Source of the DNA: a virus
Strand: one strand, 5' to 3'
DNA length: 64,000 nt
IMG/VR virus record: IMGVR_UViG_3300040802_000094
Coordinates: 1-64,000 of that record
Part shown: piece by piece, positions 28,648 to 38,154 of the stretch
Numbering within the stretch: the first letter of the stretch is position 1
How the letters are laid out: each line of letters opens with the position of its first letter
Made by a program: the position numbers and the translations under genes
The notes under the pieces: model-generated
Databases searched by the model: none
What the model saw: only the letters and a program-made list of their open reading frames with translations
What the model was told of the DNA's origin: nothing

Positions 28648-30870
28648 ATGCCCGACGACGCTTTAAACCTTTCGGACAACGACCTAGGGGTTTTTCCTAT
28701 TCCGGCGCAATCGCCAGACGACGTGCGCGCCCTTCTCGCAGAAGAGCTGCAACTAGACCTACTGATCGCGCTGCGCAACCTACAGCAATCTCGTCCGCCC
28801 GCCGCCTGGATTCAAAGCCCCGGACTGCTCGAAGACGAAGGACTGGTATCCCTCAACGGACGAGCCATTTTCCCGATTTACCCCGCAAGGGAAGTGGCGA
28901 TCGATACTTCCGTCCAGATTCCCTTGCTTCCCGATGCGGTTGCCTCGGTCGTTCGAGAGGACTTCCTCTCCCTCGTGGCCGTCGTCGCAGAAGTAGGGGC
29001 GGAACAAGATCCCAACCTCGGCGACTTGACTTTTTACTACAACGTCGATCGCCCCGACGGATCGGTGGAGGTCGAGCAACGGACGAGTGAAAATGCCCGG
29101 AGACTTAGGGTCTTTCTGATCGTATTGCTATCCCCCCACTTTCCCACCAAGGAAAGTGTCAAGGCTTTGTTGAGGGCGCAGCACCCCGAAGACGTCGAAG
29201 ACGCCTATCACCTGACGATCGCCAACAAAGAAAAAGAAGGGTTCGCGATCGCCGATTCTCAGATATACGCTTTCGACCCGCACTTCCTCGAAAAGACCTA
29301 TCGCATTTTCCCCGACTACTTAGAATTTTTGGGGATTTGCAAGGTTCGGCGATCGAAAAATCATTCTACTGGCGGCTACATCCCCGACGACGGAATCAGC
29401 ATCCTCCCGTCGATCGAGCTGACGGATGACAATACGAACCTCATCGTCCGCCGACGCTGGATCGAACTTGCCACGGGCATGAATTTGGCGGGGGATTACT
29501 TGCTTTCGGTCAAGAATCTGATCCCCGGAGCGATTTCTCAGCACCAAGGGGCGGAGGGGGAAACGGCCATTTCCCCGAACGGAGCCGGGGTACTGGCCAA
29601 CGGCCAGAGGACCTCGTTTTCCAACCAGGCGATTTCGGATCGCCGTTCTTGTTTCAAGACGATCGCCACCAACGATGGGAACGATCGCCCGATCGTCGCG
29701 ATCGAGGTCAAACCTAACTCTCCTGTCGGGACGAGGTTCAGCGATCGATCGGAAATGCATCGAATTTACTCGATCGATGGAGTGGAGCAATCGAAGCTCG
29801 GTCGGTTCGCCCGTATTGGCGGGAGTCACGGCGTCCTTTCCTGGATCGGCGGCGAGTATTCGACGATCCGCCCGGGAGATCCGTGTTACTTCGCGCCTTG
29901 CATCAACTATCCTGCCGGATCCGGATTTTCCACTGCATTCAAGTCGGTCGAAAAAGTATGGTTTCACCTTCAAGAAATCCATTCCGACAATATTAGAGAT
30001 GCAAGCAAAAACGACGTCCTAGAATACGAAGATCCGGCTGGCGACGAAGACTACATCGTCGTCTGGTCTTGGGATCGGTCTGCAATTCACTATATTTACA
30101 AAAAAATAGAATTAACTGCGAATAGTTTTGGTGTTATTTTTGCGCCTTCCGAGATCGGAGGAAATATCGCTTTCATCGAGGGGATCCAGACCGACGGTCG
30201 GCATCGAATCGACGCCCCCGTGGCGAGGGGGCTGGTACCGAACCATACCTATCGATGCTTAGTCTATTACCCACCCAAGCCGGAAGACCTCTGGCAATTT
30301 CTGTTGAAGTATCCAAGGTATGAAGGAATCGGGAGAGAGGAACCCGATTTTTTGAACGGTGCGGAAATTATTTCCGATCCGATCCTGTTCGTCCATACCC
30401 AAGGGGGTGGCAATCTCGTCTATCGAGGGGATTCAACTTATCGGTATTCCCCGATCGCCCGCTACCTTCCTCGTCTGTCGGAAAATATTCCCTACCCCGA
30501 CCACTCGCTCTACGGGCCGATTCATTTCTTCGGTGCGAACTACCCGGGACCCGTTACTTGGGACGAGGCGCAGATCCAGGCAGCACCCGGAGTCGCACTG
30601 CCGATGCTCGGCCAAACCTTGGCGACATTTTCAAGGCAAAACGTTCACGAGCGATCGCTCAATGTCGCCCTCGCTTTCGGCGGCAACGTCTTGGGTTTCC
30701 GTACTCCCTCGATGGCGCACGACCATCCCTTTCAGAGCGTGCTGATCTTTGCGGTTAAGAAGGAAAATGCAGTGCGCGTGGCGATCGCCACGCACAATAA
30801 CGTTGGGGGGCAGACGGCGAAGCTCGATACGGATCTCGGTACGGCTATTGATATCTTTAAATTGGTGTGA
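28648..30870 (+). CDS. Large hypothetical protein, probably virion structural
   Basis: 740-aa ORF heading an operon of fibre-like and lysis genes. Confidence 0.7.
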   Translation: MPDDALNLSDNDLGVFPIPAQSPDDVRALLAEELQLDLLIALRNLQQSRPPAAWIQSPGLLEDEGLVSLNGRAIFPIYPAREVAIDTSVQIPLLPDAVASVVREDFLSLVAVVAEVGAEQDPNLGDLTFYYNVDRPDGSVEVEQRTSENARRLRVFLIVLLSPHFPTKESVKALLRAQHPEDVEDAYHLTIANKEKEGFAIADSQIYAFDPHFLEKTYRIFPDYLEFLGICKVRRSKNHSTGGYIPDDGISILPSIELTDDNTNLIVRRRWIELATGMNLAGDYLLSVKNLIPGAISQHQGAEGETAISPNGAGVLANGQRTSFSNQAISDRRSCFKTIATNDGNDRPIVAIEVKPNSPVGTRFSDRSEMHRIYSIDGVEQSKLGRFARIGGSHGVLSWIGGEYSTIRPGDPCYFAPCINYPAGSGFSTAFKSVEKVWFHLQEIHSDNIRDASKNDVLEYEDPAGDEDYIVVWSWDRSAIHYIYKKIELTANSFGVIFAPSEIGGNIAFIEGIQTDGRHRIDAPVARGLVPNHTYRCLVYYPPKPEDLWQFLLKYPRYEGIGREEPDFLNGAEIISDPILFVHTQGGGNLVYRGDSTYRYSPIARYLPRLSENIPYPDHSLYGPIHFFGANYPGPVTWDEAQIQAAPGVALPMLGQTLATFSRQNVHERSLNVALAFGGNVLGFRTPSMAHDHPFQSVLIFAVKKENAVRVAIATHNNVGGQTAKLDTDLGTAIDIFKLV

Positions 30871-32525
30871 TCATGAGCGACATTCAAGAGTCAATTAATT
30901 TCGCGATCGCTGGAGGATCTCTCAGTCTGATCGGGGATTACAACCCGACGTTTTCTCGTCCGTCGGCAATTTTCATGGAGTTGGAGGTTGGGGCGGACAC
31001 GTCATTTCTTCCAGTCCGTTCCGGAGAGCCTGCCGTCTACGACGACGGCTCGGTACTGATCGAGCCGGAATCAAAAAATTTCTTACCTTGGAATATCGGA
31101 CTGGAGCGCCCCAATTGGTACAAGGGGAGCAATATTATCGTCCGCGCCAACCTCAGCAACGACAGCACTTCCCGGAGGGAGGGCGATCGCATTGCCGCCC
31201 TTTCTCCGAGCTATCCGCCTTCGACCCCAGAAGAAAGAGCGCAGCAGTCGATCCGGCAAGAGATAGATCTTACGGCAGGGGTTTATACGATTTATGCCTC
31301 CCTTAGCTTGAAGAATGGGATGTTCGGTGTGGCGGACGCTCTACGCTTGGTTGCGGGAGAGCGGGTTCTCGGTTCCGTTCAGTTGAACGAATTGAACGAC
31401 TACCTGGACAAAAATCGGATTGTCGAATTCCAGGCCGAGGTGTCGGAAGCCGATTCGGGACTGTACTTGGAACTGTATATCGAGAATGCAGTGACGCTCC
31501 ACTGGCGAGGCGCGCAAGTTGAGAACAAGCCTTTCCGGTCTTCCTTGATTTACCAGCACGTCACTCCGGAGACGCGATCGCCGACGGTCCTTCGCTACAA
31601 CCGCAACCCGATTTCCGGCCTCAATACTTTTGGACTGTTTTGTCACCTCAAGTATTGGAGGGGCGACGGCAATATTGCCAAATTTGGCAATCTTCACGCT
31701 TACATTGAGGGCGATTACTTAAAAGTAAAGGCCGGATCTTTGACGATCGAGTGTCCGGAGATCTTGCCGAAAAAGGATCTCCGTTTTTTCGTTCAAGTAT
31801 CGTCGGAAGCGCAAACGATCGCCCTGTACCTGAACGAAACACTCGTGGCAAAAGGGGCAATCCAGGGGTTCCGTCCCAGCCAGGATTCGGTAATCTTTGA
31901 TTCGGAAGGGGTGCGCTGCCTGTCTTCCTGCTTCACGACGACTCGATTGATGAGTGACGGGCAAATCGCGATCGGCGAAGTTGCCTTGGAAGACGTCAAA
32001 AACCTATTCATTCCCGACATTATCTCGTTCGAGCTGATGTCGGTTCAGTCCTCGATGCTGCTCCTGAATCCGATAACGATTCCGGCTGCCGCGACCGATC
32101 CGGACGTCGATCTCTTGATCCCCGGGTATGCGAGCGTTCGCCTGCCCTTTATCGCCAGCGACGCCCAGCCGATTCTCGACATTTTACCGGACGACAAAGT
32201 CAGAATTTCTTCGACTTTGAGTTTTGAGGTAGGGATGGCGATCGTTACGTCGCCATCGTTTTCGATCGAGGTAGAGGTGGTCGAAAACGACAGGCTGTCC
32301 AACGTCCTGACGCTTTCCTCTGCAGCATTTTTGAATGTCGGCGACACGATCGCCCAAGCAAAAGCCCAGACGGAAGTAGAGGTCGATCCTCAAAATTACT
32401 ACGTAGATCTGCTCGCTAGCGCCCCTGGAGTCAAGATTGCGCAAAAGTATATCAACGGCTTCATTCTCTCGAATCAAAATACCGAACCCAAGACCGTTTC
32501 CCCTTCAATTTATATCAAGCACTAG
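30867..32525 (+). CDS. Spike/fibre protein with carbohydrate-binding and LamG-like domains
   Basis: LIEPESKNFL and GAQVENKPFRSSLI motifs of phage spike-fibre domains; IALYLNETLV. Confidence 0.65.
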   Translation: MIMSDIQESINFAIAGGSLSLIGDYNPTFSRPSAIFMELEVGADTSFLPVRSGEPAVYDDGSVLIEPESKNFLPWNIGLERPNWYKGSNIIVRANLSNDSTSRREGDRIAALSPSYPPSTPEERAQQSIRQEIDLTAGVYTIYASLSLKNGMFGVADALRLVAGERVLGSVQLNELNDYLDKNRIVEFQAEVSEADSGLYLELYIENAVTLHWRGAQVENKPFRSSLIYQHVTPETRSPTVLRYNRNPISGLNTFGLFCHLKYWRGDGNIAKFGNLHAYIEGDYLKVKAGSLTIECPEILPKKDLRFFVQVSSEAQTIALYLNETLVAKGAIQGFRPSQDSVIFDSEGVRCLSSCFTTTRLMSDGQIAIGEVALEDVKNLFIPDIISFELMSVQSSMLLLNPITIPAAATDPDVDLLIPGYASVRLPFIASDAQPILDILPDDKVRISSTLSFEVGMAIVTSPSFSIEVEVVENDRLSNVLTLSSAAFLNVGDTIAQAKAQTEVEVDPQNYYVDLLASAPGVKIAQKYINGFILSNQNTEPKTVSPSIYIKH

Positions 32526-32534
32526 GAGGTCGAG

Positions 32535-32954
32535 ATGCCCGATCAGAATCTAGATCTGTATCCGGAGGACTTTCCAGATACTCTCAATACGGATTTAACA
32601 GTAGAACAAACCTTAATCCTCCACGCTTGGAGGATCCGTCGGCTGCAATCCTTTCGGATCCAGGGAGGGGCGATCGAGCTGTCTGCGTTGATCTCCGGAC
32701 AGAACTTGAACGTCTATACCTCGAACGAGAGGCTCCCCTCCCTCCCCCAGATGATTTCTGAAAATAACATCCTCGCGGGGGAGGAGGGCGATCGCCTCCT
32801 TCAGGAAAAAAGATACCTCTCCTTGCAGGAGAGCCAAGTAGGGACGGCAACTACCATTTTGGAGATGCAGTCCACGATCGCCCAGATGAGTCAAGAGATT
32901 TCGGATCTGCGGACGTTGATTTACGAAATCACGGGTTCCGCCATCGATAACTAA
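32535..32954 (+). CDS. Hypothetical protein with C-terminal coiled coil
   Basis: RBS AGGAGG; 139 aa. Confidence 0.7.
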   Translation: MPDQNLDLYPEDFPDTLNTDLTVEQTLILHAWRIRRLQSFRIQGGAIELSALISGQNLNVYTSNERLPSLPQMISENNILAGEEGDRLLQEKRYLSLQESQVGTATTILEMQSTIAQMSQEISDLRTLIYEITGSAIDN

Positions 32955-32970
32955 AGGATGCTGCGCCACC

Positions 32971-33186
32971 ATGGCACTAGAACAAAAAATTACAGAGTTG
33001 ATCTCGGCGACCAGCCATCTTGTCGCCGACGGCAAGAAAAATCAAGAAGCGGCGATGTCTAGCGCTCAAAAAGCACTGGCACAAATCACCGCACTGGAAC
33101 GTAGAGTCAAGGCGATCGAGGAGGCGATCGACAAAGCCAAAACGATGGAAGAGTTGAAGCGAATGGTAGAAAAAGGAGGCGCGTAA
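32971..33186 (+). CDS. Small coiled-coil protein
   Basis: 71 aa heptad pattern, in operon. Confidence 0.7.
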   Translation: MALEQKITELISATSHLVADGKKNQEAAMSSAQKALAQITALERRVKAIEEAIDKAKTMEELKRMVEKGGA

Positions 33187-33189
33187 TCG

Positions 33190-33957
33190 ATGGGTATCTT
33201 TGTCGAACCCCTGCCGAAATCTCACTGTCTCTTCAAGAAAAGGCCGTTATCGAGCGTGTCGATTCCCGGGGAGACGGTAAGAATTGAGGAAAAGGTGGAA
33301 ATCTCCGAGTACTCCCTTCCTCCCGAGCGAAAGCACATTCGTGTCCGATGGAAAAATCTCGATTGGTTCGTTTTTGCCGAACATTGTCAGATCTTCGACG
33401 GAGGCAAAAAGGTTTGGCCGGAAGAGGTTCCGAGTAAGGTTTGCCTGGATCTCCCTTATTTGTCTCAGCTCGACAATTACGAAAATCCGACGGGTTCGTG
33501 CAACGTCACGAGCATGGCGATGTGCTTCCGCTACTTTGGGGTCGAGAGAGACCCGAATTATTCGAGATTTTCTCAGCTCGAAGACGAACTTTATAACGTG
33601 ATGCTCGATTGCGGGCGATCGCGGCATTCGCCCCAAGATCTCAAGTGGCTTGCCGAGCGTTACGGCATCGACGATCGCTTTACGGTGAAGGCCACCCTCC
33701 AAGAAGTAAAAACCTGGCTGGCAAATGGAAACCCCGTCGTCGTCCACGGCTACTTTACGAGCTTCGGCCATATTATTGCCATCAAGGGGTATGACGACGT
33801 CCTCCAATCCTTCGTCGTCAACGATCCGTATGGCGAGTATTTCGATTCGGGATACCGCACGGATCTCACTGGGGAATCTCTCAATTATTCGTACGATCTA
33901 ATCCGAAGAACGTGCATGGATGACGGAGATTTCTGGGTTCATTTTTTATCCAAATAG
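33190..33957 (+). CDS. C39-like cysteine peptidase with SH3-like N-terminal domain; putative endolysin
   Basis: PYLSQLDN...GSCNVTSMAM (Cys), FGHIIAIKGYD (His), VNDPYG (Asp); RBS AGGAGG. Confidence 0.85.
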   Translation: MGIFVEPLPKSHCLFKKRPLSSVSIPGETVRIEEKVEISEYSLPPERKHIRVRWKNLDWFVFAEHCQIFDGGKKVWPEEVPSKVCLDLPYLSQLDNYENPTGSCNVTSMAMCFRYFGVERDPNYSRFSQLEDELYNVMLDCGRSRHSPQDLKWLAERYGIDDRFTVKATLQEVKTWLANGNPVVVHGYFTSFGHIIAIKGYDDVLQSFVVNDPYGEYFDSGYRTDLTGESLNYSYDLIRRTCMDDGDFWVHFLSK

Positions 33958-33986
33958 AATAATTACGATCGCAGAAAGGGTGCGAG

Positions 33987-36413
33987 ATGTTTCGACTGAA
34001 GTCTAATTTACATAATTCGAGATTCAGGCGATGGTTTCCCACCGTCTTTCGGTTGATAGACGCGATCGACTACTGGCACTGGTGGCATTTTCGTCACGTC
34101 GAAGACATTAGGGCGGGGCTAGATACGGTTCCCGCCGTATTTGTTCTGTGGAGCAAAAACGAGGGCGTTCGACAATTAAATAACGAATACCTCGCCTCTT
34201 TTTCGGAAGAGTGGGGAACTCAGTTCTCCGAGTTATTTGATATCTCGGAACAAATTCAGCAGTTTCGAGACTCGCCTCGCCAGGAAATTGTTTACGACGT
34301 TTCCTTTCCGATGAACGATGGCAAGTCAAAAGTCGATTATATTTTCTTCTTCCGGAAGTACGATCGCGGCAACAAGATCATTGCGGTAGGACTCGATATT
34401 TCCGATCAAAAAGTTGTCGAGCGGGAGCTTAAGAATGCCTATTCCCAGCAAAAAACAATCCAAATTATTTTAAATCGCATCCGAACGTCTTTAGAGATAG
34501 AAGAAACGCTGCAGCTTGCCTGCGAAGAGGTTCGCAAGGAGTTGAGCTGCAGTCGCGTAGTGATCTATCAGTTCAACTCCAGTTATTCGGAGGGATGGGT
34601 ATGTTCGGAATCGATCGACGACAAAATTGGCTCGATTCGCGGGAGGGATTTGGAAGACCCTTGTTTTAACAAGGTTGCCAAAGAATATATTCGGAAAGGC
34701 TTTGCCGTATGCAGCGACGTTCGGAATACGCAAAGTTGCTACAAAGAAATGCTGCTCGGACTCAACGCCAAGTCCAGTCTCACGGTGCCGATCATGGAGG
34801 AAGACAAGTTGTGGGGGCTGATGGCGTGCCACCAACAAGAGCCGTTCTATTGGGACGAAAGGGCGATCGTTTTAGTTAGGGAAGTTTGTCGCCAGCTTCA
34901 AATTGCGGTACAGCAGCACAAGCTTTACGAACAATTGCGCTTGCGCGAGCAACAACTCAAGGTAGATCTGCAGCGAGAGCAGCTTTTACTGGAAGACGGC
35001 TTGGTTGGAGTTTTGAGATTGAAGTGGAATAAATCTCAAGATTTCACGATCGGCTACGTTCAAAATTCAGAGCAGTTTTTTCGCAGCTCTTCGAGCGCGA
35101 TGTCCGGAAAGAATTTCTTGGACTTTATTCACCCCCAAGACCGAGATACTTTCCTCGCGGTTTGCGAGGCGATCGTTTCCGGGACGACGGGAAATGACGA
35201 TATTTTTTACCGAGTTGTCGATGCGAACAGGCAAATAAAATGGGTTTATAACTTCGTTCGTGTCGCCAGAGCGCACGAAGCGGAAATTGAGATCGACGGC
35301 TACATCGTTGACGTGACGAGCTACAGGCAGGCCGAAGAACGGGCGAAACTACTCGTAAGCTCTTTACCCGTATTCATTTTCGCGATCGACAAAGAGAATC
35401 GATTCGCCCTTTGCGAAGGAAGGAATATCCGGGGAATCCCTTCTCAAATCGTCGGGCAAAACGTGATTGAGGTTTACGCCAATCTCAACTGCTTTGAGGT
35501 TGGCGAGGCGATCGAAGCGGCTAGGGCGGGAGATCCCCTCAAAAAGACCTTCAACTTGAACGGTCAGTTTTATCGCCATTACTTTACGCGATCGGAAAAC
35601 GAAGAATCCGTCTTGGGAGTCGCTTTCGACGTGACGGACTTGACGATCGCCCAGCTCGCCCTAGAGAAAGCGAGTCAAGAAATGGAGGCATTCTTGCATT
35701 TCACGTCTCACGACTTGCAGGCTCCCTTGCGAACCGTATCGAATTACCACAAGCTATTTCTACGTCACCTTCAAAAGCAATACTCGCTGACGCCGGAGGC
35801 CGACCCCGTACTTTCGAGTCACACCGAAAAAATCCAAGCATCCCTGGAGCGGGAACGTCGGTTGATCGAGGATCTCCTGGCTTTTTCGAGAATCAACCGG
35901 GTCGAGTCCGACATCGAACTTCTCGATCTGAACGAAATTTTAAACTCCGTAAAAGCCGTCCTCGCCGATCGCATTACCGAAAATAGAGCCACAATCTTTT
36001 GCAGGCAAACCCTGCCGACGCTGTGGGGCGATCGCACTCAAATCGAGTCGGTATTCCAAAACCTGTTAAGCAATGCGATTAAATTCCAAAGGCCGGATCT
36101 AGACCCCGAAATACGAATCGAATGCGAAGAAAGGCTTCTCGACGGGGAGCGCGCGTGGTACTTCCGGTGGATCGACAACGGTATCGGCATCGCCCCCTTG
36201 GACGGCAGCAAAACCTTCGAGGAAGCGGCGGAAGCTATCTTTTCCCCGTTCAAAAAAATGCATTCTTCCTCCTATTCTGGGACGGGGATAGGGCTTGCCG
36301 TCGTCAAAGCCGTCATCGAAAAACACCGAGGTAAGGTGTGGGCTTCGGAGAACCCTTCGGGGGGGACCATTTTTCACCTGCATCTCCCAGAAGGAAAGGG
36401 GAGGGAGGTATGA
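33987..36413 (+). CDS. Cyanobacteriochrome-type sensor histidine kinase (PAS-GAF-PAS-PAS-HisKA-HATPase)
   Basis: GAF: RVVIYQF...SESI...DPCF...SCY...LTVPI...LWGLMACHQ; PAS: IHPQDR...IKWV; H-box SHDLQAPLR; N-box QNLLSNAIKF; DNGIGI; GTGIGLAVVK. Confidence 0.92.
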   Translation: MFRLKSNLHNSRFRRWFPTVFRLIDAIDYWHWWHFRHVEDIRAGLDTVPAVFVLWSKNEGVRQLNNEYLASFSEEWGTQFSELFDISEQIQQFRDSPRQEIVYDVSFPMNDGKSKVDYIFFFRKYDRGNKIIAVGLDISDQKVVERELKNAYSQQKTIQIILNRIRTSLEIEETLQLACEEVRKELSCSRVVIYQFNSSYSEGWVCSESIDDKIGSIRGRDLEDPCFNKVAKEYIRKGFAVCSDVRNTQSCYKEMLLGLNAKSSLTVPIMEEDKLWGLMACHQQEPFYWDERAIVLVREVCRQLQIAVQQHKLYEQLRLREQQLKVDLQREQLLLEDGLVGVLRLKWNKSQDFTIGYVQNSEQFFRSSSSAMSGKNFLDFIHPQDRDTFLAVCEAIVSGTTGNDDIFYRVVDANRQIKWVYNFVRVARAHEAEIEIDGYIVDVTSYRQAEERAKLLVSSLPVFIFAIDKENRFALCEGRNIRGIPSQIVGQNVIEVYANLNCFEVGEAIEAARAGDPLKKTFNLNGQFYRHYFTRSENEESVLGVAFDVTDLTIAQLALEKASQEMEAFLHFTSHDLQAPLRTVSNYHKLFLRHLQKQYSLTPEADPVLSSHTEKIQASLERERRLIEDLLAFSRINRVESDIELLDLNEILNSVKAVLADRITENRATIFCRQTLPTLWGDRTQIESVFQNLLSNAIKFQRPDLDPEIRIECEERLLDGERAWYFRWIDNGIGIAPLDGSKTFEEAAEAIFSPFKKMHSSSYSGTGIGLAVVKAVIEKHRGKVWASENPSGGTIFHLHLPEGKGREV

Positions 36414-36475
36414 CAAACATCCCGATTCCTCCGAGGAAACGCAGATTCGATCGCTAGTTACTTGAGAGTCTCTTT

Positions 36476-36886
36476 ATGCTCAAAATTCTTTACATAGAAG
36501 ACTCGGAGGACGACTATGAATTCTTCAAAATTGCCTTTGAAGGAAAGGCGGATGTCGAGTGGGAGGAAAGTGCGAGGTTCGCCCTCGACTCGCTCAAGCA
36601 AAGGAGAGTCGCGGACTATCCTGACTTGATCTTTCTCGATTTAAATTTAATCGGCATTTCCGGACTTGAGTTCTTAGAACTGCTTCCCCGAGAAGCCCCT
36701 TACGTCCTCGCCAAAGTGCCGATCGTTATTTTTACCTCAAGCGCGTATTATAACGATATCGACATGGCTTACCTACATCGAGTCTCCAGCTATATCAGAA
36801 AACCCCTGGACATAGACGAACTTTGCGATTGCGCTGAAGTGGTCTGCCAGTTTTACGGGCAAACCTGCATTCTTCCCACAAAATGA
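36476..36886 (+). CDS. Single-domain response regulator, Rcp1-like
   Basis: ILYIEDSEDD, PDLIFLDLNL, PIVIFTSS, SYIRKP. Confidence 0.92.
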   Translation: MLKILYIEDSEDDYEFFKIAFEGKADVEWEESARFALDSLKQRRVADYPDLIFLDLNLIGISGLEFLELLPREAPYVLAKVPIVIFTSSAYYNDIDMAYLHRVSSYIRKPLDIDELCDCAEVVCQFYGQTCILPTK

Positions 36887-37788
36887 CCAATACTGAATCC
36901 GTAATTCACCTTATCGAAGATTCGGACAGCGATGCCGACGTTGCCGAAATACTTTTGAATGAGGCGGGGTTTAGGGTGTTTCGATATCCGACGCTTTCAA
37001 AGGAACGACTGATCCGCAATATCGAAAAATATCCGGAGACGAAGCACATCGTTTTGTTGGACTTATTCGGAGTTTCCCCGGAGTCGCCAAAGGAAATCAT
37101 TGAAAACGTTCAAGGATGTTTCCAGTCGCGCCAGGATGTCGATATCGAAATTGTCGTCCTTTCTGGCGGATCGAGTCCCGAACTTGTTCAGATGGTGAAG
37201 TCCCACGGGTTGCAGTTTCTGTCGAAAAATGAAGCCCTCGACCCCGACACCGACACCTTGGCGGTCAACCTCAAGCAAATCCAACAAGATCGGGGAATTG
37301 AAAAAAGTATATGGATACTGGAATCGAAGCTAGATCAACTGCATTTGAGGCACCAGATGGCGGTCGATCGCTTCTCTCAGGAAATCGGCTCGATTCAAAC
37401 CGCCTACCAGGAAGTTCACCGACTGGTGTATAGCTTGGAAGCAAGACAGAATCGCGACGAAAGCGATCGCCTCGCCGGAGGGCAAAATGTCGAACGACAC
37501 CTCAAAGGACTGGAGGTCAAAATTCAGGAACGAATCGATCGCATCCAGGAAAATTCCGAAGCGACGAAGGTTTTACAGTACCTCGTCCCTCTCGCCGCTC
37601 AATTCCGGCATAACCAAATTGGAGAAGACGAATTCAGGGCGATGGCTCAAGCCATTCGCTCGATCGTATTGATCAAAAAAAATCCCAAAAAGGCGATCGG
37701 GTTGGCCCTCCTGTTCCTGACACTAATGGCGAGCGCCCAGGATCGAATTGTCGCCCTCCTTCGTATGGTATTTGAGATTTTTAAGTAG
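36883..37788 (+). CDS. Response regulator: receiver plus coiled coil plus C-terminal hydrophobic segment
   Basis: IHLIEDSDSD, IVLLDL, VVLSG, FLSK; C-terminus KKAIGLALLFLTLMASA; ATGA-coupled. Confidence 0.85.
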   Translation: MTNTESVIHLIEDSDSDADVAEILLNEAGFRVFRYPTLSKERLIRNIEKYPETKHIVLLDLFGVSPESPKEIIENVQGCFQSRQDVDIEIVVLSGGSSPELVQMVKSHGLQFLSKNEALDPDTDTLAVNLKQIQQDRGIEKSIWILESKLDQLHLRHQMAVDRFSQEIGSIQTAYQEVHRLVYSLEARQNRDESDRLAGGQNVERHLKGLEVKIQERIDRIQENSEATKVLQYLVPLAAQFRHNQIGEDEFRAMAQAIRSIVLIKKNPKKAIGLALLFLTLMASAQDRIVALLRMVFEIFK

Positions 37789-38105
37789 ACTTAATTTTGG
37801 GGACTTGTACTGTCTGTCCGGAATGGAGATCCCAAATTGTCGTGCGGTTGTAAAGCAAAAATCGTTTGTAGCGATCGCCGGGAAATTTATTTTTCTTCAA
37901 AAAAAGTGGAAGGGGATCTCGATACGATCGCAATTCCGCCTCTCGGTAGCGGGGAAGCTTGAAGGGAGGACGTCGATTTAATCGCTCCCAGAAAGGGGTT
38001 GAGGGGTTGGCCATTTTGTCGAGCTATCGTGCTATCCTAAAATCTGAGCGATCGCTATTCGAGCCGAGAGCGATCGCTCTTCACAAAATAGTATTACAAA
38101 ACCGT

Positions 38106-38140
38106 AAAGCGCGGGGACGTTGCAGTCCCCGCGCTTTTTT
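38106..38140 (+). terminator. Terminator-like hairpin just upstream of the head operon
   Basis: aaagcgcggggac-gttgca-gtccccgcgctttttt. Confidence 0.7.
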
Positions 38141-38154
38141 GTTTGGAGCGAGTT

